Counted from the stretch's first letter, positions 7,992-18,658 are shown. The stretch is 64,000 nt of DNA from Candidatus Falkowbacteria bacterium GW2011_GWF2_43_32 (GCA_000999715.1 LCGL01000001.1:387139-451138), one strand, 5' to 3'. Made by a program: numbers and translations. The notes: generated by a model from the letters alone, not told the origin.

Positions 7992-9371
7992 TTAATTTAT
8001 CGTTTGTTGAATTTTAGCCGCGGCGTTATTGATTATATTTTGTAATTTTTCTTCGGAATTGTTAAGCGTCGTTTCAATCATTTCTTTGATGGCGTCTTCG
8101 GCCGCTTGAGAATTTCGGCCTTTATACCAACTTCTGGCCGTTAAGACCTGATCGGCGAAAACACCGATTTCGTCATCTGTTCTTTGAGCGGCGACCAGAG
8201 AGCGCAAAGCGGTCGGTTTATTGGTTTTGGCCAGATAGCTTTTTGCTTGCTCTTCTTTGGTGATGAATTGAATAAAATCCCAAGCCTCGTTTTGGTAAGC
8301 GCTTTTTTTGGATACAACCTCCACCCAGTAATTGGCAAAGTTAACGTTGGTCGGCGGCGTACCTTCAATTTGCGGCAGTTTGGCGATGGAAAAATTCAGT
8401 TTCGGCGCCCGAGCTTTAATGGTGGGAATGTCGTAAGCGTAACTGAACATTATTCCCAGATTGCCGCTGATAAACATTTCCAGCGAATTGGGCAGGTCAC
8501 TGCTCCAAGTATAAGATTCTTTGCCCTGGTTGGCAAAATCGGTGTAGAAGCGCAGAGCTTCAATACCGGGATTGTAATCGCTATTGACGCCGGTGGGCGG
8601 AATAGCGTTGAACATCACTTGTCCGGCATCGTTCATCATGACCGCGCCGTTTTGCATCATCAAAATTGTCAGAATATCGCTGAAGCGGTTAATGTTGGCG
8701 GCGGCGCCCAGCGCGATGCCCGATTGGACGAGCTCATGTTGAGCGTTTTGTTGCGTTAATTTTTTGATGTCTTGCAAAAACTCTTTATTCCAATATTGCG
8801 GCGCTTGGCTGATGCCGGCGTTGTTGAACAAATCTTTGTTATAAAACATCGCCAGGGTGTCCACGGAAAGTGGCAGGCCGTAAACCAAGCCGTCATCAAG
8901 AATGACATCGTGGCCGACGACATCCACAAAATTATCTTTAATTTCTTTTAGGGTCAAACTGTTGGCGGTTCGCAATTGCGGCACCACTTCTTTTTTGAGA
9001 GTTCCTTGGACAACCGGATAGGCCATGGTAATCGTGGCCGGCATCGGGACTAATTTTGATTGATATTTTTTCAGCCAGGTATTGTGAAGAGAGAAGATGT
9101 CCGGTCCGCGATCCTCGGCCAAAGCGTTTAAAAGCTCCGCTTCGTATTCGCTATAGCGCAGTTTTCGATATTCAATGGTGATAAAGGGATGCAGGGATTT
9201 GTACTTGGCAATAATGTCTTGGAAAGCGTCGGCGTCGTCATAAACGCGCCAATAGGTGAGCGTGATGGGAGTCATGGCGGCCTGGGTTTCTTTATCCGCC
9301 AATTTACAGCCAAATCCGGAGCTCAACAGGAACACGGCCAAGAGGAATAAAATCGTGATTTTTTTCGACAT
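7992..9371 (-). CDS. ABC transporter extracellular solute-binding lipoprotein (family-1, sugar-type)
   Basis: Lipobox LSSGFGC after the start at MSKKITILF (9371). Size and composition are typical of family-1 solute-binding proteins (YNKDLF.., WVEVVSKKS..). Confidence 0.65.
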   Translation of the reverse strand: MSKKITILFLLAVFLLSSGFGCKLADKETQAAMTPITLTYWRVYDDADAFQDIIAKYKSLHPFITIEYRKLRYSEYEAELLNALAEDRGPDIFSLHNTWLKKYQSKLVPMPATITMAYPVVQGTLKKEVVPQLRTANSLTLKEIKDNFVDVVGHDVILDDGLVYGLPLSVDTLAMFYNKDLFNNAGISQAPQYWNKEFLQDIKKLTQQNAQHELVQSGIALGAAANINRFSDILTILMMQNGAVMMNDAGQVMFNAIPPTGVNSDYNPGIEALRFYTDFANQGKESYTWSSDLPNSLEMFISGNLGIMFSYAYDIPTIKARAPKLNFSIAKLPQIEGTPPTNVNFANYWVEVVSKKSAYQNEAWDFIQFITKEEQAKSYLAKTNKPTALRSLVAAQRTDDEIGVFADQVLTARSWYKGRNSQAAEDAIKEMIETTLNNSEEKLQNIINNAAAKIQQTIN

Positions 9372-9438
9372 ATTTTTATTTTTTAATCTCGCCTTCATTA
9401 TAGCAAAATAGGCTTTTTTATTCAAAGAAAAATCCGGG

Positions 9439-10950
9439 CTATAGTTTAGGGCGATATTGCAAAGCTTCCGCGATATGGTCGGCGGAAATATTTTCTGCTT
9501 GATTCAGGTCGGCAATAGTTCGCGCCAATTTTAAGATTCGGAAATAAGAACGAGCCGACAAGGCCAGTTTTTCCGCGGCGGTAGACAAGAGGCGGTTTGA
9601 TTCGGTCGTTAAAGGACAAAAGGCTTTGATGGCGCCGCCGGTCATATCGGCATTGGTCAAGAAAGGGTGGCGACGAAAACGGTTTTGTTGTCGTCGGCGC
9701 GCCGATTCAATTCTTTTTTTTACTTGATTCGACGACTCATTCGGTTTTTGCCAATTTGATTCTTGCCAGTTGATTTGAGGCACCGCCACGTGTAAGTCAA
9801 TTCGATCAATGATTGGTCCGGATAGACGACGGCGATAATTGGCTATTTGTTTCGGAGTACAATGGCAATTTTTGGTCTGATCGCCGAAATAACCGCAAGG
9901 ACAAGGATTCATGGCCGCAATGAGCATAAATTTAGCGGGAAATTTCAAACAAGCCGCGGCTCGGGAAATATTGATTAAACCTTCTTCCAGCGGTTGACGT
10001 AAATTTTCCAAAGCGGTGCGAGAAAATTCGGGAAATTCATCCAAAAATAACACGCCGCGGTGTGCCAAAGAAATTTCTCCCGGGTGCGGCCAGGTTCCGC
10101 CGCCGATTAAAGCCGTTCCCGAAGCGTTGTGGTGCGGCGCGCGGAAAGGCCGGGCAAAAGCCAGGGAAAAGTTATTTTTCAATTTTCCGGCGGCGCTGTA
10201 AATTTTGGTTATTTCCAATTTTTCCGTTCGGGAAAGTGGCGGCAGGATGCCGGGCAAAGCTTTGGCCAATAAGGTTTTTCCGGCACCCGGCGGTCCGAAG
10301 AATAAGAGGTTGTGTCCGCCGGCCGCCGCGATTTCTAAAGCGCGTTTAGCTTTTTCTTGACCGTTGATATCCGCCAAATCCGTGAGATTTTGGAATTTTA
10401 CCCGTTGATCCGGAAATTCGCTTGCCGCCGGTATCAATATTTTATTCTGCAGATGATCAATCAGTTGTTTTAAAGTTCGGACCGGAAAAACCGTCAATTT
10501 TTTGCTTAACTTGGCTTCGCGGATATTGGCTGTCGGTACGAACAAGTTTTTCAGTCCGGCCTGTTCGGCAGCCATGGCCATGGACAGGAGGCCGTTGACC
10601 GGTCGAACTTCGCCGCTCAAAGAAAGTTCGCCGACAAACAGACTGAGAGCCGGATCGGCGGGTAGTTTATTTTTAAGCGCCAAAATACTGACGGCAATCG
10701 GCAGATCGTAAGCCGGTCCGTGTTTTTTTAAATCGGCCGGCGCCAAATTAACGGTAATTTTACGTTGCGGAAAAGGCCGACCGCAATTGCGCAGGGCGCT
10801 ACGGACCCGTTCTTTAGCCTCGGAAACGGCGGTATCCGGCAGGCCGACAATGGCAATTTGCCCAAAATCGCCGCCGCCGGCATCGGCCTCGACGGTAACG
10901 ATGGCCGCCTCCAAGCCGTTTAGGGCGGCGGTAAGAATTTTTGTGGACAT
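9439..10950 (-). CDS. comM: YifB/ComM-family Mg-chelatase-like AAA+ ATPase
   Basis: N-terminal Lon-protease-like domain, Walker A GPPGAGKT, LFLDEFPEF (Walker B), C-terminal Mg-chelatase subunit ChlI-like domain. 503 aa. Confidence 0.85.
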   Translation of the reverse strand: MSTKILTAALNGLEAAIVTVEADAGGGDFGQIAIVGLPDTAVSEAKERVRSALRNCGRPFPQRKITVNLAPADLKKHGPAYDLPIAVSILALKNKLPADPALSLFVGELSLSGEVRPVNGLLSMAMAAEQAGLKNLFVPTANIREAKLSKKLTVFPVRTLKQLIDHLQNKILIPAASEFPDQRVKFQNLTDLADINGQEKAKRALEIAAAGGHNLLFFGPPGAGKTLLAKALPGILPPLSRTEKLEITKIYSAAGKLKNNFSLAFARPFRAPHHNASGTALIGGGTWPHPGEISLAHRGVLFLDEFPEFSRTALENLRQPLEEGLINISRAAACLKFPAKFMLIAAMNPCPCGYFGDQTKNCHCTPKQIANYRRRLSGPIIDRIDLHVAVPQINWQESNWQKPNESSNQVKKRIESARRRQQNRFRRHPFLTNADMTGGAIKAFCPLTTESNRLLSTAAEKLALSARSYFRILKLARTIADLNQAENISADHIAEALQYRPKL

Positions 10951-10994
10951 ATTTTCGGGCGGGGTGAAATTTTTTTAAGCAAAATTTTTCATTA

Positions 10995-11022
10995 CCAAAA
11001 AACCGCTTGTTTAACAAGCGGT
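10995..11022 (-). terminator. Intrinsic terminator downstream of smc
   Basis: Hairpin ACCGCTTGTT-TAA-CAAGCGGT with a T-run on the minus strand (A-run 10996-11001 on plus). Confidence 0.6.
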
Positions 11023-11077
11023 TTTATTATAAAGGATGACCGGTAAATAAAATTTAAATTTTTTCTAAAGAAGTTCT

Positions 11078-13843
11078 TTATTTTTTCAGATCGTCCAGTT
11101 TGACGCTTAACAGTTTGCTGACTCCGTCCGATTCCATGGTGACGCCATAGAGGATGCTGGCTTGGCGCATGGAAGCGCGGTTATGAGTGATGACGATAAA
11201 TTGTGTTTTATGCGATAAGTCGTCCAAGATTTTGGCCAGACGTTCGGAATTGGCTTCGTCCAGAGCGGCATCCACTTCGTCCAAAACGACGAAGGGAGAA
11301 GGATTGGCGCTGATGATGGCGCAAATCAAGGCGATGGCCGTTAAAGCCCGTTCTCCGCCGGACAGCATCGCGACCGCTTGGATTTTTTTGCCGGGCGGCG
11401 TCGCCTGGACTTCGATTCCCGCCAAACCGACGGCATTATGTTTCCGCAGGAATTTTATTTTATCAAGCTTGGAATCGGCTTCGTCTTTTATTTTTTTCTC
11501 CGTATCTGTCAATCCTTCGGTTAAATCAATCGTTTCCGTGCCATTTTTGGCCGTTTGATTGTTTTTGGCTTCTTCTTTTTCCAAATCTTGAATCAAGACT
11601 TTGGAAATCTTGGCGGTGCCGCCGTTGAAGAGTATTTTAAAATAATCGTTGAATTTTTCGGAAATGATTTTGAATTCGGCGTCAAAACGATTTTTAATGT
11701 TGGTATCCAGTTCGGCAATAATTTCCTCCAGAGATCGGATGGCTTTATCAAGGTCTTGCGTTTGACCGCTGAGAAAATCATAGCGCTCTTTAGTTTCTTG
11801 ATATTCTTTTTCGGTTTCCGGATCCAGGCCGCCGATTTGTTCCAATTGACTTTTAAGTTCGTTGATTTTTTTATTGCTTCGCTCCGGATCGGCGACCGCT
11901 TTTTCGGTCGGTCGGTGAGCGGTTATTTCCGACAAGTTTAAATTGTCGTTGCGAATATTAAGTTCCAAATCTTCCGAACGCGTTTCTTGACGGGTCGCGT
12001 TTATTTTTATCTCGTTTAATTCGTTGTTGAGAGCGTCAAGTTCGGTTTGCAAATTTTGCAGATCGCGTTGGCAAGTAAAAATTTGGGTTTTTTCTTGATA
12101 TTCGGCGGCATTTAAAATTTCCAATTTTTCTTCTCGTTCTTTAATTTGATGGTTGAGAGCCGCGATTTTTTCCTCTATCTCTTTTTTTTCTCGGATAGTT
12201 TCGGCTCCGGTTGTCGGCCGAGCTTGTTTGGAAATTTTGTTTTTTACGTCCGCCAAATCTCCTTCAATTTCATTTTTCTTTTCCAGCCACAGTTGGCGAC
12301 GTTCTTGGTTTAAAGACGAGGAATGTCGATAATCGTTTAAAGCGGCGCTGATTTTCTGTTTTTCTTCGTTGTGGGCAATGATTTGTTCTTGAATTTCTTT
12401 GATTTCCCGCAGTTTGTCGGTGTCGCTGGCTTCCAAAAAGCCGCGAATTTTTTCTTCAAAATCTTGCCGGGCGGACTGTAAAGATTTTTTGACTGTCGTC
12501 AAATCTTCCGCCTCGCTGATTTCTTCCAAGCGTTTCAGGAAAGCGGTGATGATTTGATTGATTTCCGCGCGCGTTTGTTCCGGACGTTGGCCGGCCGGTA
12601 AAACGGTGCTGGCGGATTTTAAGCGATTATTGGCGATTTCCAGTTGACGATTTATTCGCGCCAAGTCATCGGCGAGTTCTTGTTCTTTTTGATGATCGCG
12701 GGTTTTATCCGATAGGGCCAATTCTTTAGTGATTTTTTCCAATTCCGCTTCCAAGTCCGCTTGTTTGGCGTTCAACCAAGACAGGTCAAATTGGCCTTGC
12801 GCTTCCAGACCGACCTCAACTTCCGCCTGGAGTTTTGCCAATTGTTTATGAAATTTATTTTTGACGCCGAATAATTCTTGCAGTTGCGCCTGCAGTTCGT
12901 TGATTTCCCGGTTATTGTCGGTGGCTTTGATTTTGCCGAGCTCTTCGTTCAAGCGGCCGATTTTTTTCGTCCGCTCAATTTTTATTTTTTCTTTCTCCAA
13001 ATAGCGGGCGTTGTAATCGTTTAGCTTATCGTTGATTTCTTGCCAAAGACGATGATAATAATCCAGCTGTTCGGCTTTGAGTTCGTTTTCCAGCTGACTG
13101 CGCTTGTTGAGTTTTTCCACTTGGCGAGTCAAGCTTTTTAAACGCGGCTTGATTTCCGCCAAGAGCATATCCACCTGTTGCAGATTCTCGTAGCTGTTTT
13201 CCAATTTGTTCAAAGCCGAATCGCGTTTGATTTGAAATTGTTTGACGCCGGTCGCTTCATCAAAAAAATCTTTGCGTTCCGCGGCCGTGGTGCTGAGAAA
13301 ATTTTCCACCATGCCTTGGCCGATAACGCTGTAGGTTTTTTGACCGAAATTGGCTTTGGCCAAAAACATTTGAGTATCGGCCAGACGAACGCGATTGCCG
13401 TTTAGCAAATATTCGCTGTCGCCGTTGCGATAGAGCCGGCGAGTAATGGAAATTTCCGGACAAGAGGCAAGCAATCGGTCCAAATCGTTTTCCGTTTCCG
13501 GAGAAACTCCCGATTCGCCTTCCTTGGTTTTTATTGAGGACGTTTTATCTTTGACGGCCGCAGTGTTATTCAAATATAAAGAAACCTCAGCCATTCCCAG
13601 CTGATGTTTTTGGTCGGAACCGGAGAAAATAACGTCTTCGCTTTTTTTGCCGCGCAGAGTTTTCAGACTCTGTTCACCCAAAGCCCAGCGAATAGAGTCG
13701 GCGACATTGGATTTGCCGGATCCGTTCGGACCGACGATGGCCGTCAGTCCTCGTTTATGATCGTTAAGCAATCCGGAGAAGATGAGCTTATTTTTATTGG
13801 CAAAAGATTTGAAACCCTGGATTTCCAATTTCTCTAAAAACAT
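11078..13843 (-). CDS. smc: Chromosome segregation protein SMC (short, 921 aa)
   Basis: N-terminal Walker A GPNGSGKSN, long coiled-coil, C-terminal signature LSGGERALTAIALI and Walker B FVVLDEVDAALD. Confidence 0.9.
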   Translation of the reverse strand: MFLEKLEIQGFKSFANKNKLIFSGLLNDHKRGLTAIVGPNGSGKSNVADSIRWALGEQSLKTLRGKKSEDVIFSGSDQKHQLGMAEVSLYLNNTAAVKDKTSSIKTKEGESGVSPETENDLDRLLASCPEISITRRLYRNGDSEYLLNGNRVRLADTQMFLAKANFGQKTYSVIGQGMVENFLSTTAAERKDFFDEATGVKQFQIKRDSALNKLENSYENLQQVDMLLAEIKPRLKSLTRQVEKLNKRSQLENELKAEQLDYYHRLWQEINDKLNDYNARYLEKEKIKIERTKKIGRLNEELGKIKATDNNREINELQAQLQELFGVKNKFHKQLAKLQAEVEVGLEAQGQFDLSWLNAKQADLEAELEKITKELALSDKTRDHQKEQELADDLARINRQLEIANNRLKSASTVLPAGQRPEQTRAEINQIITAFLKRLEEISEAEDLTTVKKSLQSARQDFEEKIRGFLEASDTDKLREIKEIQEQIIAHNEEKQKISAALNDYRHSSSLNQERRQLWLEKKNEIEGDLADVKNKISKQARPTTGAETIREKKEIEEKIAALNHQIKEREEKLEILNAAEYQEKTQIFTCQRDLQNLQTELDALNNELNEIKINATRQETRSEDLELNIRNDNLNLSEITAHRPTEKAVADPERSNKKINELKSQLEQIGGLDPETEKEYQETKERYDFLSGQTQDLDKAIRSLEEIIAELDTNIKNRFDAEFKIISEKFNDYFKILFNGGTAKISKVLIQDLEKEEAKNNQTAKNGTETIDLTEGLTDTEKKIKDEADSKLDKIKFLRKHNAVGLAGIEVQATPPGKKIQAVAMLSGGERALTAIALICAIISANPSPFVVLDEVDAALDEANSERLAKILDDLSHKTQFIVITHNRASMRQASILYGVTMESDGVSKLLSVKLDDLKK

Positions 13844-13928
13844 AAATCAGTCCTTTTTTATTTAAGTTCTTTAGTATATAATTATAGTAGTATAATAAAC
13901 TTTTTTTACTAAAAAGACAACTAAATTT

Positions 13929-14498
13929 ATGATTATTTCTTTCAGCGGCGCGCCCGGCTCGGGAAAAAGCACTATCGCGCAAATGTTGGCCGATAAGTTG
14001 GCTTGGCCGCGGTATTATATCGGCGGTTTGCGTCGGGAGGCGGCTAAAAAACGCGGTTTGACCCTGGCAGAGTATAATCGGCTGGGAGAAAGCGATCCGG
14101 CTACCGACCGCGAAGCCGATGATTATGCCCAACAATTGGGTCGGGAAACAGACAATTTTGTGATTGAAGGAAGAACCTGTTGGCATTTTATCCCGCAATC
14201 TTTCAAAATATATTTGGATGTTGATCAAGAAGTCGGAGCAAAGCGCATTTTTGGCAGTTTACAGCGAAAAAATAACCGTAACGAGGCCGATAATTTGACC
14301 AGCTGGCAGGATGTTTTGGCTAATAATAAAGAGCGTATCGCCAGCGATGACCGGCGTTATCGCAAATATTATAAGATAGACGTTTATAATCGTAAGAATT
14401 ACGATTGTTATCTGGATACCACCGATTTGACACCGGAGCAAGTTTTTCAGTCAGTTTATGAAATTATCAACGCCAATCTTGACAATAAGAAAAATTGA
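13929..14498 (+). CDS. Cytidylate kinase-like (AAA/NMP kinase family) protein
   Basis: P-loop SFSGAPGSGKST at the N-terminus. Length and layout match archaeal-type CMP kinase family proteins. Confidence 0.6.
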   Translation: MIISFSGAPGSGKSTIAQMLADKLAWPRYYIGGLRREAAKKRGLTLAEYNRLGESDPATDREADDYAQQLGRETDNFVIEGRTCWHFIPQSFKIYLDVDQEVGAKRIFGSLQRKNNRNEADNLTSWQDVLANNKERIASDDRRYRKYYKIDVYNRKNYDCYLDTTDLTPEQVFQSVYEIINANLDNKKN

Positions 14499-14585
14499 TT
14501 ATAATATTAGACAAGATTTGATTTAAATTAAACAAGCTTTCAAAACGAGATTCTGGCAATCTCGTTTAAAAAATTTTTAAAACAT

Positions 14586-14912
14586 ATGGTTGAGACTAAA
14601 TTAGAATTAAAACCCGGATTGACCGTCAGAGTTCACCAAAAAATCAAGGAATTGAATTCCAAAGGCGAAGAAAAGGAAAGAATTCAATATTTTGAAGGCA
14701 TTATTATTGCGCGTAAGCATAATAAAGAAATCGGCGCCACGATTACCGTGCGAAAAACTTCGGAAGGTATCGGCGTAGAAAAGATTTTCCCGCTTAATTT
14801 GCCGACGATCACTAAAATTGAAATCAAGAAGCAGGCTAAAGTGAAGCGAGCCAAACTTTATTATTTACGCGACGGTTATAAAAAGAAGCTAAAGGAAAAA
14901 GTGATAAAATAA
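14586..14912 (+). CDS. rplS: 50S ribosomal protein L19
   Basis: RVHQKIKE...ERIQYFEGIIIARKH...ITVRK.S.GIGVEKIFPLNLP.I.KIEI is the L19 signature. Confidence 0.9.
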   Translation: MVETKLELKPGLTVRVHQKIKELNSKGEEKERIQYFEGIIIARKHNKEIGATITVRKTSEGIGVEKIFPLNLPTITKIEIKKQAKVKRAKLYYLRDGYKKKLKEKVIK

Positions 14913-14958
14913 CGAAAGGCCGTCATTAACTGGCGGCTTTTTGTAGATGATGATATCG

Positions 14959-15042
14959 GGGCGAGTGGTGAAATTGGTATACACGCAAGCTTGAGGTGCT
15001 TGTAGCCGCAAGGCTGTGGAGGTTCAAGTCCTCTCTCGCCCA
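14959..15042 (+). tRNA. tRNA-Leu(GAG)
   Basis: Manual fold: acceptor GGGCGAG/CTCGCCC, anticodon loop TTGAGGT, long variable arm, T-arm GGAGGTTCAAGTCCTCT. Confidence 0.85.
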
Positions 15043-15069
15043 CTCGTTTTACAACTATTTTTGTCATAT

Positions 15070-15143
15070 CGGGCGCATAGCTCAGCTGGTTAGAGCACTT
15101 CGTTTACACCGAAGGGGTCCAGGGTTCGAATCCTTGTGCGCCC
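15070..15143 (+). tRNA. tRNA-Val(TAC)
   Basis: Acceptor GGGCGCA/TGCGCCC, D-arm AGCTCAGCTGGTTAGAGC, anticodon stem-loop CTTCG-TTTACAC-CGAAG, T-loop GTTCGAATC. Confidence 0.9.
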
Positions 15144-15149
15144 ACCGGC

Positions 15150-15590
15150 ATGAAGAAAATAATTACGACAACCGAGAAGGAAACTTTCGCCTGGGGATTG
15201 AAGCTCGGCCGGCAGTGCCGCGGCGGGGAGGTTTTTGCGCTTTGTGGTGAGTTGGGTGCGGGCAAGACAAAATTAGCTCAAGGGATAGCCGCGGGATTGG
15301 GAGTCACCGGTCGGGTCAACAGCCCGACTTTTAATATTCTCAAGGTTTATAAGATTGATCAATCTAAAACGAAAAAAACGCCGGTGAGGACGTTTTGTCA
15401 TATTGACGCTTATCGTTTGCAATCCGAACGAGATTTGCAGGCGCTGGGCGTGGAAGAAATTTTTGTTTCGCCGGATACGGTTACGGCAATAGAATGGGGA
15501 GAAAAAGCGGTCGGCATTTTGCCGCTACGTACGCAAATTATCGGTTTAAAGTCCCTTGATCAAAAATGTCGGCAAGTGATTATTGTTTGA
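15150..15590 (+). CDS. tsaE: tRNA t6A37 biosynthesis ATPase TsaE
   Basis: GELGAGKTKLAQG P-loop and the SPTFNI motif. Confidence 0.85.
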   Translation: MKKIITTTEKETFAWGLKLGRQCRGGEVFALCGELGAGKTKLAQGIAAGLGVTGRVNSPTFNILKVYKIDQSKTKKTPVRTFCHIDAYRLQSERDLQALGVEEIFVSPDTVTAIEWGEKAVGILPLRTQIIGLKSLDQKCRQVIIV

Positions 15591-16281
15591 GACTTATTTT
15601 TTTATAATTTTCTATCAGCGTTTCTACGGTTTGTTCGGAAAATTCCTCTATTTTTCGGTCAAAAGCATTTTTATCAAAATCTTGGTTCTCCGGACTGGGA
15701 TCGTATTTTGTTTGGTCGTTGTCGTCGATAAAAAATATCAAATCCGCTTTTGCCGAATCTTTTCCCGGGCGTTTGGTAAAATCAATAGTGGCCGAGGTCA
15801 GCTCTTGGCCGCTTTCTTTATCATATAGTTTGAAGAAACAATCTATTCCGTGAACAACATCCAAATGTGTGCCGCCGGTAGCCGTAAAAAATTTCAGGAG
15901 ATATTTATCTTGAAAACGATTTTTTATCTTGTTGTACAGCGCGCGACTAAAGAATTTGCTCGGTTTTTCGGGATTGCCAATCTGGCATTTTTCGACCAAC
16001 TCCATGGAATCTTTAAAATTAATATAGTTTTCTCGAGCAAACAAGGCGGATGTTTCCTGAAGTTCTTTTTGCGCTTTTTCTTTGGTTTTTAATATCCATT
16101 GGTATTTTTTTTCGGCATCCAGATGCTCCGGAGTTTCTTTTTGATGAATGAATTGATAGGCCAATTCTTTGTACTTATGATTGTTAACGCCGCCGATAAA
16201 CTCTTCTTCCAATCTGGAGCCGGTATTTTCATGAGCCGAACAACCTTTGGAAATTTTTTCAAACGTTTCCCATCGTGACAT
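15580..16281 (-). CDS. Hypothetical protein
   Basis: 233-aa ORF with an ATG start, packed against lspA. No recognisable domain. Confidence 0.5.
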   Translation of the reverse strand: MSRWETFEKISKGCSAHENTGSRLEEEFIGGVNNHKYKELAYQFIHQKETPEHLDAEKKYQWILKTKEKAQKELQETSALFARENYINFKDSMELVEKCQIGNPEKPSKFFSRALYNKIKNRFQDKYLLKFFTATGGTHLDVVHGIDCFFKLYDKESGQELTSATIDFTKRPGKDSAKADLIFFIDDNDQTKYDPSPENQDFDKNAFDRKIEEFSEQTVETLIENYKKISLKQ

Positions 16282-16282
16282 A

Positions 16283-16750
16283 TTATTTGTGTTTTAGGTT
16301 TTTAATAATCAACACGCCCGCTCCGCCGGTTATCATTATATCCGCCAGATTAAAGACGGTAAAATATTTGAGCTCCCAATAGTCAATCACGTAACCATAA
16401 GTCAAACGATCAAAAATATTACTGAGAGCGCCCAATAAGATTAATGTCAGAAAAATGATGATCGTTTGTTCCGTTTTTTTGTTGATTAAATACAACACGC
16501 AGAAGCCTAGACAAAGAATGACGGAAATTACCAGGACGCTTAGGAGCGGTTCTTTCAGGGGTAGAGAAAAAGCCAAATTATAGTTCGCCGTAAAATTGAA
16601 AGAAAAAAAATCACCGATTAATTTGAGAGGCGGACGATCGGAGAAAATTAGAGCCAAAGACTTCAAATAGCGATCGCTTATAAAAAACATAGCCATTACC
16701 GACGCAATAGCTATGTTTTTTAGAGATATTTTCGCGGTTAATTTATTCAT
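16283..16750 (-). CDS. lspA: Lipoprotein signal peptidase (signal peptidase II)
   Basis: Four TM helices, N.FDR..YG.VIDY and FNLADI motifs. Confidence 0.8.
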   Translation of the reverse strand: MNKLTAKISLKNIAIASVMAMFFISDRYLKSLALIFSDRPPLKLIGDFFSFNFTANYNLAFSLPLKEPLLSVLVISVILCLGFCVLYLINKKTEQTIIIFLTLILLGALSNIFDRLTYGYVIDYWELKYFTVFNLADIMITGGAGVLIIKNLKHK

Positions 16751-17126
16751 TTTCTTGCAATTCCGTCTTACAGCTGATGCAGGAACTGGCGGTCGGACGC
16801 GCTAAAAGACGTTTTTTGGCAATGGGCTTGGCGCAATATTTACAAATTCCGTAATCGCCCTTTTTAATGCGATCTAAAGCTTTATTAATATCTTCCAGGC
16901 TTTTTTCCAACACTTTTTCCGTCATGATATCGGTAGAATAATCGCTGATTTCTTGAGCGTTTTCGTCCGGCTTATTGCCGTATTCCGGAAATTTGGCCGT
17001 TTTATTATCAGCTTCGTGATCGTCTTGACGCGATAAATCCTGCAGATCGTCCAAGATTTGTTTTTGTTGAGTTAAAAGTTGATTTTCAATTTCTTTGATG
17101 GTTTTGGGGTCTAAGGAATTGTCCAT
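16743..17126 (-). CDS. DksA/TraR-family C4 zinc-finger protein
   Basis: C-terminal CKYCAKPI...[11 protein letters not shown] four-Cys finger preceded by a coiled-coil. Confidence 0.75.
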   Translation of the reverse strand: MDNSLDPKTIKEIENQLLTQQKQILDDLQDLSRQDDHEADNKTAKFPEYGNKPDENAQEISDYSTDIMTEKVLEKSLEDINKALDRIKKGDYGICKYCAKPIAKKRLLARPTASSCISCKTELQENE

Positions 17127-17313
17127 ATTGATGTGAGAAAAGTGTTAGATATAGCGATTTTAATATTTAAATTATAGCGCAGGAGCCTATTTTTGGCAAG
17201 GTTTGCACATTTTTGCTTTTAGGGGCGTTCGGATGGGTATTAAATAAAAATTTCATGACCAGATTGGCGGATAATGAAAAAAGAACCCGGATAATTCGGG
17301 TTCTTTTTATCGG

Positions 17314-17387
17314 CGGAATGGACGGGGTTCGAACCCGCGACCTTCTGCGTGACAGGCAGACGCTCTAACCAGCTGAGCTACCACTCC
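17314..17387 (-). tRNA. tRNA-Asp(GTC)
   Basis: Reverse complement GGAGTGGTAGCTCAGCTGGTTAGAGC..CTGTCAC..GGGTTCGAACCCCGTCCATTCCG. A terminator hairpin (17281-17305) follows. Confidence 0.9.
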
Positions 17388-17471
17388 AATATTTGACCGT
17401 TGTTGAAATCGCATTGTAAAAAAATAGTAGCAAAGCGTTTCGGTTTTGTCAAAAGTTTTCCGGCTATTTTT

Positions 17472-17546
17472 TGGTGTCTCCAGGGGGAATCGAACCCTCA
17501 TCTTGAGATCCGGAATCTCACGTTCTATCCGTTGAACTATGGAGAC
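17472..17546 (-). tRNA. tRNA-Arg(CCG), CCA encoded
   Basis: Reverse complement GTCTCCA-TA-GTTC-AACGGATA-GAAC-G-TGAGA-TTCCGGA-TCTCA-AGAT-GAGGG-TTCGATT-CCCCC-TGGAGAC-A-CCA. Perfect acceptor, D and anticodon stems; one mismatch in the T stem. Confidence 0.8.
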
Positions 17547-17665
17547 CTTGTTAGTTTGTTTAGAACCCCTTTTATCATAGGATTCTTTATTGCGTGCTTC
17601 TTTGATTATTAAGCAAATGCGCCGAAAAATCAAGCGATGGCGCGAAGCCGTGAGTCGTAGATTTT

Positions 17666-18652
17666 TTAGTCGATGAATTTCAAATAAATAGTTTTATGGC
17701 CTAATTCATTTTTTAAGATTTCTTTCCATTCCGGCACGACTTCGGACAATCGGTTGATTTTATTTTTGTCCAAAAATAGCGGATCAACCAATCGGGATTT
17801 CAGATGGATTATTTTATCATAATTCTTCTGGCTATCCTTAAATTTTATTTTATTATCAATGCGAGTAAACAAACGGGACAATTCCGGATCGCTATCATGA
17901 AAGACGGCCAGTTTGTCCAAAACTTCCCGATCGGTCGTATATAAATCAGCTTTCTCCAGATAACCGCGCTCCAAAGCGTGGCGCAAATATTCGCCGACCG
18001 CTTGATGCATGGCGCCGGCATGAGGCGCGGTATAATAGTTAGTGTTTAGCAGTCGAAAAAGTTCGGCATATTTTTTGGCCGTTGCCAAGTTTTTAAAAAT
18101 CCAGAAATTATCTTTGACGATTAAATTATTTAAAATTTCTTGAAGGTTATCGGTCGAAATATCCTCATAAGCGATAGCCGTACGCAAAGAATAGTCTATT
18201 CGGTCGGCGCACAAATCCGGCAGAGGCTTTTCTTTCAAGGGGAAATTTTTATCATCTAAAATATAATCCGGATCTAAATCATATTTCTTAAGAATCGCCG
18301 GTAAATCGGAGTTCCGCACGAACTCCGCGAAAATATTATCCTGATGATTCTGTTCTTTGCCGTCGCCGCCTTCTAAAATGTAGTCGATACTATGTGAAAA
18401 AGCCGAGTGGGAAACGTCATGAATCAGCCCGGAAACTTGTTCGGCCAGTGGCGCGTCGTACTTTTTTAACAGCCAGTAAACGCCAATGGAATGTTCCAAG
18501 CGATTGATAATTTGATCCGTTCGCCAATAAGGTTTGGTGTGGCCGCCCTGATCCACGCCGGCCAAGCGGCGTAAAAACGGCGAAGCGAGTAGCTCCAAAA
18601 TAATCGGTTCCGTGATATTTATTTGCCCGTAAGCGCGATCGAAGATGAGCAT
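17666..18652 (-). CDS. HD-domain metal-dependent phosphohydrolase
   Basis: RLEHSIGVYWL...GLIHDVSHSAFSH gives the H...HD...D pattern. 328 aa. Confidence 0.7.
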   Translation of the reverse strand: MLIFDRAYGQINITEPIILELLASPFLRRLAGVDQGGHTKPYWRTDQIINRLEHSIGVYWLLKKYDAPLAEQVSGLIHDVSHSAFSHSIDYILEGGDGKEQNHQDNIFAEFVRNSDLPAILKKYDLDPDYILDDKNFPLKEKPLPDLCADRIDYSLRTAIAYEDISTDNLQEILNNLIVKDNFWIFKNLATAKKYAELFRLLNTNYYTAPHAGAMHQAVGEYLRHALERGYLEKADLYTTDREVLDKLAVFHDSDPELSRLFTRIDNKIKFKDSQKNYDKIIHLKSRLVDPLFLDKNKINRLSEVVPEWKEILKNELGHKTIYLKFID

Positions 18653-18658
18653 ATATGA

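Noticed and set aside
10814-11017. Arg-rich ORF 10814..11017 (-) and ORF 10787..10978 (+)
   Set aside because: They overlap the 5' end of comM/yifB and the smc terminator. The composition-driven low-complexity translation is not credible as a gene.
14876-15250. ORFs 14876..15067 (-) and 14996..15250 (+)
   Set aside because: They overlap tRNA-Leu and tRNA-Val.
17307-17633. ORFs 17307..17633 (-) and 17400..17612 (+)
   Set aside because: They overlap tRNA-Asp and tRNA-Arg.
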